Source of the DNA: Planctomycetota bacterium
GTDB taxonomy: Bacteria; Planctomycetota; JAJSAM01; JAJVHW01
Assembly (NCBI GenBank): GCA_965248445.1
Contig: CBDFJG010000004.1
Location: forward strand, 352,001 to 416,000
Direction: 5' to 3'
DNA length: 64,000 bases
In this document: piece by piece, positions 47,190-57,057 of the stretch
Layout of the letters: every line of letters starts with the position of its first letter
How positions within the stretch are numbered: position 1 is the stretch's first letter
Position numbers and translations under genes: made by a program
Notes under the pieces: generated by a model
Databases searched by the model: none
What the model was told of the DNA's origin: nothing
What the model saw: the letters and a program-made list of their open reading frames with translations, nothing else

Positions 47190-49439
47190 TCAGCGCCCGG
47201 TCGTGAAGGACCACACCTCTTCGGTGTCGTCGTCGAACCCTCTGCAAACGACGGTGTAGCGCTGCTTCGCCTTCAGGTGCGCCTTGGGCATCAGGCAGTA
47301 GGAGTAGCCCGGCACGAGTTCGGGGTTGGTCGGGTTCATCGGCGACGAGTAGTGGCACGGCACGGCCTTCCCCTCACGGTCGCCCTCGTGCAGCGTCATC
47401 GTGAGATCGGGCTGAACGGTGAGGGCGGCGAGTTGGAGTGTGACGGGATAGCCCCACGTGGACTGGTCCTCGCCCGGCACCGGGTTCGGCAGTTCAGGAA
47501 CGAAGCGCCGCGGGACTCCTAAGGCACCAGCACCCGGGTAGCGCACGCGCGCGAGCTGCGGAAAGCGCCGCACCATGGAGCCGGCATCCAGCACGGCGTA
47601 GCCCTCGTCGAGTCCCAACCCGACACGCAGCAGGCCGGGATCCAGGAGCGGCAGGCGGTGATAGAACGTCCCGATCCAGCCGTCGATCGCCGTCTTCATG
47701 TCGGTCTTGCCCGGGTAGATCACCGACGACAGCCCGGCCCAGCTCCCTTCGGGTGTGAAGCCCTCGCGATCCGGCCACTCCTCGTGCGCGTCCGGCCATG
47801 CGCTCGCCTGCTCCGGGTTCTTCGCGAGATAACGGCCGTGGAGCCGGCAGCCGTGGGACAGCGATTCGTCCGCGAGGAGCGGTGGCATGAATCCGTGCAG
47901 ACTGCGGTCGATCGTCGTCTTCCGGATGTTGTCGAGATGCGTGAGCACGGCCTGCGTGGCCGGGTCGACCTCCTCCTCTGCGCTGCCGCCACCGATCGCC
48001 TGCAGGACACCGGACGGCAACTCCGGTGCGAGGAACCAGCGTTTCCACGCCGCTTCGAACGCGGACAGGTCCATGCCGAGCGCGGCCGAGAACACGTCGG
48101 CGCGCGGCTTCTTGTCAGCCGTCGCGATGATGACGTCGTTCAGCCGGCCGGCATCGTGCAGGTACTCCGCGACGAAGGTCGCCTTCGTCAACTCGTCGCC
48201 TTGCACCTTGCCGAAGTAGTCTACGAACCCGCGCGACCATGCCGGGTCCTCGTCGTGCTCGGCCAGGTACCTGAGCCACGCGCGGGCGCCCTGCAGCCCT
48301 GCGTCCGAGATCCGTAGCATCTCCTCGACCCTGCGCGGCCGATCGAACGTGCGGCCGTCCTCGAGGGATCGCTCGACCCAGACGCTGTCCGGGATCGACG
48401 TGCCGATGTAGGCGCGGCAGACCCAGTTCACGGTGCCCGCCGTCAGCACGCCCTGCACGGTCTTGTTGCTCCACACGACATGACCGACGTAGGCCCACAA
48501 ATCGTGGAACAGGATGGCCTCGAAACTCGCCTCGACGAGCGGCCGCAGCACGCGGCGCTGGCTGCCGAGCGCGGGTGTCGTCTTCCGCTTCGCGCGCTCG
48601 GCCTCCGCCGCGTCGATCTGCCCCGTCTCCTGCATGTACTTCAGCGCACGGAGGTAGACGGGCATGGACGGGAGCCACACGTACTCCACGTCCGGCAGCG
48701 GATCCGGCAGCGCTAGCGGGTGTCCGAGCAGGACGCGCGAGACCGCGAGCGCACGCAGACTCTCGCGCAGCACACGGCGCACCTTCACGACGTCGATTCC
48801 GTACGCGTGGACGCGCACGTTGCCGACTGATACCCGCACGCCTTCCCCGCCGCAGACCTTCATGATCACGGGATGTCGGCTGACGTCCTCGGTGAGGGGT
48901 GTTTCGAGGCGCCGGGCGTCGGCGAGCGCACCGGCGATCTCGTCGTGGCGCGCGAACAGTGGAGCGAGGTCCCCGGGCACCCAGCCGGCGCCGCGACGCA
49001 CGTACGAGAGGGCCTCCCACGCGTCCTCGCGCTCGCCGTCCAGCCGCCGCAGGATGTCCGCGAATCGTGCGCGCTCGTCGCCCTCTGCACCCGTCATCGC
49101 CGTCGCGACGTCGTCGATCGTCCGCTGCAGCAGCCGCTTGACGTCGTTCAGGTTGGGCGACGGCTTCTTGACGCGCTCCACCTTCCGCTGGCCCGCCGCC
49201 AGGAGCTTGTCCGCCTTGCCCTGCGGTTCGCCGAGCTCCACGAGCACGCCGTGCAGGGTGTCGAGGTGGTCGGGGTGGCCCTTGCGCGCAAGTGTGTCCA
49301 GCGCCCGTGTCAGTGAGGAGCGTGCCGGCTTGAGCGGGTCCGCCTCGTCCTGTGCGCGGGCCGACGACACCGAGAGCGCGATACACGCGAGCAATGCGAG
49401 CGCTCGAATGGCGCGTCGTGCGATGAGTCCCATCCCCAT
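47190..49439 (-). CDS. Exported protein with C-terminal CAP-like domain
   Basis: Signal peptide; 'LSHGCRLHGRYL...HEE...IDGWIGTFYHRLPLLDPGL..VGLG'. Confidence 0.8.
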   Translation of the reverse strand: MGMGLIARRAIRALALLACIALSVSSARAQDEADPLKPARSSLTRALDTLARKGHPDHLDTLHGVLVELGEPQGKADKLLAAGQRKVERVKKPSPNLNDVKRLLQRTIDDVATAMTGAEGDERARFADILRRLDGEREDAWEALSYVRRGAGWVPGDLAPLFARHDEIAGALADARRLETPLTEDVSRHPVIMKVCGGEGVRVSVGNVRVHAYGIDVVKVRRVLRESLRALAVSRVLLGHPLALPDPLPDVEYVWLPSMPVYLRALKYMQETGQIDAAEAERAKRKTTPALGSQRRVLRPLVEASFEAILFHDLWAYVGHVVWSNKTVQGVLTAGTVNWVCRAYIGTSIPDSVWVERSLEDGRTFDRPRRVEEMLRISDAGLQGARAWLRYLAEHDEDPAWSRGFVDYFGKVQGDELTKATFVAEYLHDAGRLNDVIIATADKKPRADVFSAALGMDLSAFEAAWKRWFLAPELPSGVLQAIGGGSAEEEVDPATQAVLTHLDNIRKTTIDRSLHGFMPPLLADESLSHGCRLHGRYLAKNPEQASAWPDAHEEWPDREGFTPEGSWAGLSSVIYPGKTDMKTAIDGWIGTFYHRLPLLDPGLLRVGLGLDEGYAVLDAGSMVRRFPQLARVRYPGAGALGVPRRFVPELPNPVPGEDQSTWGYPVTLQLAALTVQPDLTMTLHEGDREGKAVPCHYSSPMNPTNPELVPGYSYCLMPKAHLKAKQRYTVVCRGFDDDTEEVWSFTTGR

Positions 49440-49462
49440 GGCGCGCAGTCTAACTCGCGGGC

Positions 49463-51700
49463 CTAGGCGTCCCAGATGGGCGTCAGATGTGCGTACTCGA
49501 GGGCGAGCGTCTTCTCACCGCGCCCGGGGAAGAACACGACGACGCGCATGCTGCCTCCGCGGCCGGAGAGACGGCGCACCGTGCCGTCGCCGAAGCTCGG
49601 GTGATGCACGCGCTGCCCCGGCCGGAGCGCCTGGGCCGGGTCCTGGTCGGTGCCGTCGTAGTCCGGCGCCACGTCGGCGTGGAACTCGGATCCGTCCCGC
49701 GGGCGCTTTGCGGGCGCGCCCCACGGCGCGTCGGCATACGGGCTCTCGACAGAAGGCCAGATCGGGGAGAGGCCGCCACCAGCAACGTCGATGGCGTCCG
49801 GATCGAGTTCCATGAGGAAGTCGCTGGCGCCACCGCCGAAACCACCCGTGAGCCGTGCCCGTCGGTCTCTGGCGAAGCTGAGCGTCAATCTGTCCTTGGC
49901 GCGAGTCATCCCCACGAACAACAGGCGCCGCTCCTCTTCGATCCCGTTCTCGTCGTCGGTGCTGCGCGCGTGGGGCAGAAGCTCGCGCTCCACTCCGGCG
50001 ACGTACACGTGACCGAACTCGAGCCCCTTCGCGGAGTGCAGTGTCATCAGCGCTACGCGCGGCATGTCCGGGTCGTATTGGTCGGCATCGGCGACCAGGC
50101 TGACCTGGTGCAGGAAGTCGCGCAGCGTGGATTCGGCGCCGCTCAACGCGTCGTACTCCTCGGCGCCGCCGATCAGTTCGCGCACGTTCTCCACACGGTC
50201 CTGCCAGTCCTCGGGATACGCCTTCTTCAGGTACTCCTCGTAGCGCAGGTGAGTGATCGCATCGCGCACGAGCTCCGCCACCGATCCCGTCACGCCGCAC
50301 TCGAGCGTCGTGAGGAGATGATCGAGGTCGCGCAGCGCCAGCGTCGCCTGCTTGCGGAACTCGCCGGAGTCCGCCGCACCGAGGAGTGCGCGTCTGGCCG
50401 TCCAGCCGTACTCCCGCGCCATCGCCCACATGCGCTCGATCGTCTTTGCGCCGACGCCCCGCCGTGGCGTGGTCAGAACGCGCACCATGCTCTCGCGGTC
50501 CGATGGGTTCGCGAGCACCTTCAGGTACGCGACCAGGTCTTTGACCTCCGCCCGCTGGTAGAACTCGACGCCCTTCACGATCATGTACGGGACACCGCGG
50601 CCGCGCAGTGCGGTCTCGATCGCACGGCTCTGCGCGTTGACGCGGTAGAAGATCGCCATGTCCTTGTAGGGAACGCCCTTCCCGTACGCGCCGAGCACGG
50701 CGTCCGCGAGCGCCAGGCCCTCGGCGTGCTCGTCGGCAGCCCCGATCACGCGCACCTTCTCGCCCTCCTCCCGCGTGGCGACGAGCCGCTTGGCATGGCG
50801 ATCCCGGTTGTGCGCGATCAACGCGTCGGCCGCGCGCAGGACGAACGCCGTGGAGCGGAAGTTCTCCTCGAGTCGCACCACGCGGGCGCCGGGGTAGTTG
50901 CGCTCGAACTCGAGGATGTTGCGCACGTCGGCGTTGCGGAAGGCGTAGATCGACTGGTCCGGATCGCCGGTCGCGCACACGTTCTGCTGCGGCTGCGCGA
51001 GGATCGAGGCCAGCCGGAACTGAACCGGGCTCGTGTCCTGGTACTCGTCGATCAGGACGTGCCGGAAGCGGTCCTGCAGGCGCTCGCGCACTTCGGCGTC
51101 CTCTTCGAGCATCTTCAGCGTGCGGCCGAGCAGATCGTCGAAGTCGACGGCGTTCGACACGGCCAGCGCGTTCTCGTAGGCGCGGTAGACCTCGGCCTGC
51201 TTGCGTTCGAAGTACCCGCCGGCCTCTGCCTCCGCCACGTCAGGCGACGTGCCACCGGTCTTCCAGCGCGAGATGCGCGCGCGCACCTGCGCCGGCTTGA
51301 GGGCGCCCGGTGGCAGCTCCATCTCGCGCAGCACGCCGCGCACGACGCGGCGCTGATCCTGCGTGTCGAAGATCGAGAAGCCCGGCAGCAGACCCGCCCG
51401 AGCGGCGTACCGGCGCAGCAGTGCGGCGCACGTGGCATGGAACGTCTTGATCCACGCGCCGGACGGAGTGCCCGATTCCTCGACGCGGCGCGCCATCTCC
51501 TGCGCCGCCTTGTTGGTGAACGTGATGGCGAGGATGTGCCAGGGCGTGACGCCGCAGCGCACGAGGTGTGCCACGCGGCGCGTGATCACGCGCGTCTTGC
51601 CCGAACCGGGGCCGGCCACGACGAGAAGCGGCCCCTCCCCGTGCGTGACCGCCTCGCGTTGGCTCGGAGTCAGATCCTGCAGCAAGTCGTCATGCGTCAC
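49463..51700 (-). CDS. pcrA: ATP-dependent DNA helicase UvrD/PcrA
   Basis: 'AGPGSGKT', 'TFTNKAA', 'DEYQDT', 'GDPDQSIY', 'NFRST', 'MTLHSAKGLEF', 'EERRLLFVGMTRA', Tudor-like tail. Confidence 0.95.
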   Translation of the reverse strand: MTHDDLLQDLTPSQREAVTHGEGPLLVVAGPGSGKTRVITRRVAHLVRCGVTPWHILAITFTNKAAQEMARRVEESGTPSGAWIKTFHATCAALLRRYAARAGLLPGFSIFDTQDQRRVVRGVLREMELPPGALKPAQVRARISRWKTGGTSPDVAEAEAGGYFERKQAEVYRAYENALAVSNAVDFDDLLGRTLKMLEEDAEVRERLQDRFRHVLIDEYQDTSPVQFRLASILAQPQQNVCATGDPDQSIYAFRNADVRNILEFERNYPGARVVRLEENFRSTAFVLRAADALIAHNRDRHAKRLVATREEGEKVRVIGAADEHAEGLALADAVLGAYGKGVPYKDMAIFYRVNAQSRAIETALRGRGVPYMIVKGVEFYQRAEVKDLVAYLKVLANPSDRESMVRVLTTPRRGVGAKTIERMWAMAREYGWTARRALLGAADSGEFRKQATLALRDLDHLLTTLECGVTGSVAELVRDAITHLRYEEYLKKAYPEDWQDRVENVRELIGGAEEYDALSGAESTLRDFLHQVSLVADADQYDPDMPRVALMTLHSAKGLEFGHVYVAGVERELLPHARSTDDENGIEEERRLLFVGMTRAKDRLTLSFARDRRARLTGGFGGGASDFLMELDPDAIDVAGGGLSPIWPSVESPYADAPWGAPAKRPRDGSEFHADVAPDYDGTDQDPAQALRPGQRVHHPSFGDGTVRRLSGRGGSMRVVVFFPGRGEKTLALEYAHLTPIWDA

Positions 51701-51731
51701 GGACCGCACATTCCAGCACGATCGCCGGACG

Positions 51732-53724
51732 TCACTCGGGCTCGTCGGCGGCCGGCTCCGCGTCGCGGAGGTCGGCGCGCCGGACGACGCGCGCCGACAG
51801 GATGCGGTCGTCCACGTCGATCCGATCGACGACGGTCCAACCCGTTCGTGACGCGTCCGAACGCGGTGTAGTGCACGTCCAGGTGCGGCGCGCGCGAGTG
51901 CATGATGAACAACTGGCAGCCACCCGAGTCAGGGTGGGACGAGCGAGGCATCCCGAGAGTCCCCCGCACGAACGGCTCGAGAGTCGGTTCGAGCGGCAGC
52001 GAGACACCGGCCGCGCCAGAGCCGTCGCCGCGTGGGCAGCCGCCCTGGATGACGAAATCCCCGACAACACGGTGCCACGTCAAGCCGTCATAGTGGCCGC
52101 GGTTCGCCAGCGCCGTCACATGCGCAACGTGGATCGGTGCCTTCTCGGGGAAGAGCCGGATGTGAATCCGGCCGCGCGTCGTCTCGAGGATCATCATCGG
52201 GATGCGCGGAGGGGAGGCCATGTCGGCCTCGGACGCACCCACAACCTGTGTGCGGCGCGGCTCCGGATCGTCCTCGGCGCCGGCGCGCTTGGCCAGCGCC
52301 TTGGCCGCCGTGAACGCCACCGCCGGGTGCGGATCGTTCTCGTGGGCTGCGAGAACACCCTCGTCCGAGACGCCCTCCCATCCTGCGAGTGCGTCCAGCG
52401 CACCAGCGCGTGCGTCCGCTCCGTCCATCCCGGGGAAGCGCGCGGGTACCGCGCGCACCAGAGGAGCCAGCGAGCGCAGGTCGTTGGAGGCAGCGACCTC
52501 GCATGCGTAGTTGACGAGCACCGGATCTGCGTCGTCGGTCAGCACCCGCCTGAGCAATGGCTCGATGCCGGCACCCTTCTTGCCCTTGAGGGCGGACAGA
52601 GCGCCCCCGCGTACGCGCACGTGCGGATCGGACGAGGCAATGTCCACAATGCGCGCGACAGCGGCCGAACCCTCCTGCGCCGCGAGCACTGTCGCGGCCG
52701 CGCTGCGGACGTACTCCGCGTCGTCACGCAGCAGACTGTCGACGAGCCGAGCGGCCCGCGGGGCGTCGAGCGCTGCGAGCGACGTCGCCGCATCGTGGCG
52801 GACCGACACCGACGGGTCCTCGCGCGCGATCCTCTCGAAGGCATCGGCCGAGGCCATGTCCTTGCGGCGACTGAGTCCCGCGATGGCGGCGGTGCGCACG
52901 TGGTACGATTCGTCCGCCAGGTTCTTGCGGAGCGGAGCGAGCACGGCGCCGCTGTCGAAGGACGAGAGCGCACGACACGCGGCAACGCGCACGTGCTCGT
53001 TCGGGTCGGAAGCAAGCGTCCGGAGCGCCGGCAGCGCCTGGCGCGCTTCGGCGGCTCCCCACGGGTTCGCCGACGACGACACGAGCCCGAGAGCCGCGGC
53101 GCGCCGCACTTCCCAGTCTACGTCCTGGACGAGACGTGCCAGGTGCGGCACGACCCGCGGGTCCTTCACCGTGCGCGCGAGGTGACCGAGCGATGCGCGT
53201 CCGCGCACAGACGGATGGGAGGAGAACTCGAGGAGCCGCGGATCCGGGAGCGCCTGCGGCGCCGGCCGTCCCCGCCAGCGGTAGTGCGAGAAGAGCGCCT
53301 CCATCGCCTCGACGGTGCCGTCCGTCGCGAGTGCCACGAGGGCGTCCTCCGCGGAATCGTCGGGGTGGTAGCCGAGTCCCATCGCTGCCGCTGCGGCGTC
53401 CTCGCCGGAGACCTCCCGCAACCGCGCGGGGGCCGACTCGTGGCGCGAGACCCCGAGCCGAAATGCGGCCTCCGAGCGCACCGCTGCGTTCTCGCTCGCG
53501 AGGTCGGCGCCGAGGCGTTCGACGGCCTCGGCTGGAACGTCACCGCGCAGCGCCCGGATCTCCGTCGCACGCAGTTCCGCGGGGGACGGCGGACGGGCGA
53601 CGGTCGCCGCACCGCTCCCGGCGCCGCTCTCGGCGCGGGAGGGCGAGGCGGAGGCGCAGCCTCCGACCAGCCCGGCTACGAGCAGGAGCCCGCCGGCGGC
53701 CGGCACGATCCAGGTGGTACGCAT
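51732..53724 (-). CDS. HEAT-repeat lipoprotein with C-terminal cyclophilin PPIase (1-nt frameshift near 51835)
   Basis: 'LVGGC' lipobox, HEAT repeats, 'YDGLTWHRVVGDFVIQGG', 'DSGGCQLFI', 'HLDVHYTAFGRV'. The proper tail 'DVVDRIDVDDRILS' is in another frame. Confidence 0.88.
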
Positions 53725-53752
53725 CCCTCTCGTCCCTCCAACGACACGGCCT

Positions 53753-53785
53753 CCGAGCTTCCTTGCCCGCCGAGCTTCCTTGCCC
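53753..53785. repeat. 16-bp tandem duplication CCGAGCTTCCTTGCCC in the divergent promoter region
   Basis: Copies at 53753-53768 and 53770-53785; the second contains a -35-like TTGCCC 16 nt before TATTCT. Confidence 0.6.
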
Positions 53786-53897
53786 ACTCGGGGGCCAGGG
53801 ATATTCTGCGGGGCTTCCCCCCAGGAGCCGCGCGGAAGTCTCGCTCACGAGCCCGCAGGATTGCCAGGGGAGGCGGTTCCGAACCAGGAGTATCCCT

Positions 53898-54134
53898 ATG
53901 GCGCGCAAGTGTGAGGTATGCGGAAAGCACACCCACGTCGGCAACCAGATCGAGCGACGGGGCATCTCCAAGAAGAAGGGCGGCATCGGCCTGCGCATCA
54001 CGAGCAGGACCCGGCGCAAGTTCAAGCCCAACATCCAGAAGGTTCGGACCGTCAGCGAAGACGGCAAGACCGTGCAGCGTCAGAAGGTCTGCACGCGCTG
54101 CATCAAGGCCGGCAAGGTCAAGAAGCGCGCGTAG
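53898..54134 (+). CDS. rpmB: 50S ribosomal protein L28 (Zn-ribbon, long-insert type)
   Basis: 'MARKCEVCGK...GNQIERRG..KKKGGIG...RRKFKPNIQ...VCTRCIKAG'; AGGAG RBS. Confidence 0.96.
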   Translation: MARKCEVCGKHTHVGNQIERRGISKKKGGIGLRITSRTRRKFKPNIQKVRTVSEDGKTVQRQKVCTRCIKAGKVKKRA

Positions 54135-54388
54135 CCCTTTGTCGCGGCACTCGGATCGCGGGGCGATCCTCGCGCCGCTCGGCGGGCTCGTGTCTCCCTC
54201 CTACGCGGTCTCCGACCGCGACGGAGGAGCTGCGATCACGCCGCTTGCTACGCAACCGTCGCGCTCTTGCTATTCACCCAACGAGGGCGAGCTCGCTGTA
54301 GGGGCCACCCCCGCGCGTGCGCCGTGCGCGCAGCGCACCTGCTGATCGAGTCGCCTACGGCGTCGAGGGTGCGCGTTATCCTGCGCGC

Positions 54389-55012
54389 ATGAACGCCAGA
54401 CTGAGCCTGTCCCTGGCCGCGCCGCTCGCGCTCTTCCTCGTCGCTTGCGCCTCGGTCGATGCCGCGCCGCGGACGGAGCACGAACTCGTCCAGCACCTCG
54501 TCACCGGGTCGGCGTCGCAGTTGCAGAAGCCCGAGCCGGCAATGCAGGCGCGCGAGAAGCTGGTCGAGCGCGGTCCCGCCGCGGTGCCCGAGCTGGTAGC
54601 GGCGCTGCGCGATCCCGAACTGTCTGACGGGACGCGGATCTTCGTCATGGGCACGCTCGGCGAGATGGGCGAGGACGCCCGCGCGGCGGTCCCCGCAGTC
54701 GTGGAGTTCATCGAGCGGGCGCCACGGTCGCGCCGGTCCGGTGCGAACCGCCCAATCGCCCGTCGCATCTTCGGCCTCTGGACGCTGAAGCGCATGGGAC
54801 CCGCCGCGGCGGCCGCCGTGCCGTTCCTCATCCGCACGCTCGACGGCGAGATCGATACCGCACAGTACGCCGCACAGACGCTCGGCGCGATCGGACCCGC
54901 CGCGAGCGATGCCGTCCCCGCACTCGCGCGTGGCCTGAGGCACGAGAACCCCGACGTCGCCAACGCGTGCCGCGAGGCGCTGCGCGCAATCCTGGCACTC
55001 GACGAAGAGTAG
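54389..55012 (+). CDS. HEAT-repeat lipoprotein
   Basis: 'LFLVAC' lipobox; repeats 'GPAAVPELVAAL', 'AAQTLGAIGPAASDAVPAL'. Confidence 0.85.
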   Translation: MNARLSLSLAAPLALFLVACASVDAAPRTEHELVQHLVTGSASQLQKPEPAMQAREKLVERGPAAVPELVAALRDPELSDGTRIFVMGTLGEMGEDARAAVPAVVEFIERAPRSRRSGANRPIARRIFGLWTLKRMGPAAAAAVPFLIRTLDGEIDTAQYAAQTLGAIGPAASDAVPALARGLRHENPDVANACREALRAILALDEE

Positions 55013-55055
55013 TAGCCGGCGGATTAGCCAAACGCGTCCAGCTGCGAACGTCCGC

Positions 55056-55081
55056 GGGCGGGGGTGGAACCCCGCCCCTAC
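55056..55081 (-). repeat. GTAG-type REP-like palindrome
   Basis: The minus strand reads GTAG-GGGCGGGG-TTCCAC-CCCCGCCC. Confidence 0.65.
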
Positions 55082-55439
55082 AAGGGGATCGGTCTCGTTG
55101 CGTGAATGCGAAGGGGTGAACGACGGTGCCGCGAAGCGGCAGCCGAAGCGTCCGGTGAACGGTTCGGCAGGAGTGAACGCGCAGCGGAGGCGGAACGCCG
55201 GAGCGGAGTGGCACCGGGGGTTGCGGAGCAAGCCGTGTGACCGAAGCCCGTGAGGGAGCGCCGCGCCGAGCGGCGATGCCGAACGCCCGCGACCCGAGTC
55301 CGCGCGTCAGCGGACAGGGGGCAGACGACATGAACAATGTCGTTTGCAGCGGGAGCGTAGCGGACGGAGTCCGCGGAGAAGGGGGACACTCGATGAGCAG
55401 GGGGCACGCGGATGGCCCCGCGATCCGCGTGACGCGCGG

Positions 55440-56587
55440 CTAGCGAAACCGGCGGCGGCGGCGGGGGCGGATCTGCGGTTTCGCCGACTCGTACGTTCCG
55501 TCGAGCACGGCCTGCAGATCCGGCAGCACTTCGGCCGGCGTCTGGTACCGCTCCGCACGGTCCTGCGCCATCAGCTTCATGATGATCTCGCTGATGCCTG
55601 ACGGCAGGTCGCGGCGCAGCTCGGATGCGTCCGGCCGCGGCTCGGTGAGGTGCTTCGCCATCACCACGGCGGGAGTCGGTCCCTCAAAGGCGACCTGCCC
55701 CGTCACCGCGTGGTAGTAGCTCGCGCCGAGAGAGTAGAGATCTGAACGAATGTCGATGTCGAGCTGTCCGCGCGCCTGCTCCGGCGAGATGTAGTACGGC
55801 GTCCCGATGGCCTTGCCCTCGAGCGTCTCTCACTGCCGTCCTCGCCAATCTCCTTCGCGAGACCCAGGTCGCACAGCTTGGCCTGCCCCTGGCGACGCGT
55901 GATCACGATGTTCGCCGGCTTGACGTCGCGGTGCACGAGCCCGTTGCGGTTCGCATGTTCGAGCGCGCGGGCGATCTGCAGGATCACCTTGGTGGCGGCG
56001 AGGCCGTCCATCGGCCCGCGTTCCTCGAGGAGCTGTAGCAGCGTCGGCCCCTCGATGAACTCCATCACGAAGTAGCGGAAGCCGCGGGACTCGCCGACGT
56101 CGATGCCCGAGACGATGTTGGGGTGGTTGAGCCTCGCGACCGCGCGGGCCTCCCGCAGGAAACGCTGCAGGTGGCGCTTCTCCATCGCCCGGCGGGGGGT
56201 CAGCAGCTTGACGGCGACGGATCGGCGGAGCGAGAGCTGTTCTGCGCGGAACACCGCCCCCATCGACCCCTCGCCCATCACGGCTTCGAGGCGGTAGCCG
56301 TCGATCAGGTCCCGGGGGATGCCCTTCCAGCGGTCCGAGATCGACGTGCGGGCGCTCCGCAGCGCCGCGGTCTTGCGCAGCTTCCGGGCGTCGGCGTCCG
56401 CGGCGGGCGTTTCGGCGGCGAGACCCGGGATCGGCGCGACCTCGACGGAGTCTCCGGGAGTGCCGCCGGGGATCGGCGCGAGCTCCACGGAGCTGGCCCC
56501 GACCTTCGAGTCGATCGGCGCCTTCTCGACTCCGCCGGGCTGCTGGCCCGACGGATTGATCTTCAGCCGTCGTCGTCGTCTGCGCAC
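55440..56587 (-). CDS. Hanks-type Ser/Thr protein kinase (frameshift near 55828)
   Basis: 'GEGSMGAV', 'VAVK', 'HRDVKPAN', 'DLGLA'. 'GTPYYISPEQARG...SDLYSLG' continues in the frame of ORF 55440-55706. Confidence 0.9.
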
Positions 56588-57057
56588 GTGTATCCCGCGA
56601 TCTCGTTCTCGAGCCCCAGGCTCCCGAGGACCTCCAGCGTCCTCAGGTGCATCCTACGGGCATCATCGGCAGTCGAGTCGTCGAAGCCCAAGAGGTGCAG
56701 GGTGCCGTGAACCACGTAGAGCGTGAGCTCGGCGAGGGGCGCGACCCCCCTCCGTTCAGCCTCGCGGAGCGCGGTGTCCAGGCTCACCACGACCTCCGCG
56801 ACGTAGCCTCGCGCATCGGCTTCCGCCGATTCGCCGGGCTGTGCACCGAGTGGGAACGCCAGCACGTCGGTCGGTTCGTCGCACGCGTGGAAGTCGCGGT
56901 TCACCCGCTGCATGGTCGCGTCGTCGACGATCGCGACGGAGAGCCCGCCCGCGAAGCCGGTGAGTTCGACGGCGCGGGTCAGGTGCCCGGCCAGTTCGTC
57001 TTCGGGGAGCGGCAGCCGTCCGGCGGCGACCTCGACCGCGAGCGAGAGTTCGCTCAC
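56563..57057 (-). CDS. ybeY: rRNA maturation RNase YbeY
   Basis: 'MQRVNRDF...PTDVLAF', 'VVHGTLHLLGFDD'; follows phoH. Confidence 0.9.
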   Translation of the reverse strand: MSELSLAVEVAAGRLPLPEDELAGHLTRAVELTGFAGGLSVAIVDDATMQRVNRDFHACDEPTDVLAFPLGAQPGESAEADARGYVAEVVVSLDTALREAERRGVAPLAELTLYVVHGTLHLLGFDDSTADDARRMHLRTLEVLGSLGLENEIAGYTCADDDDG

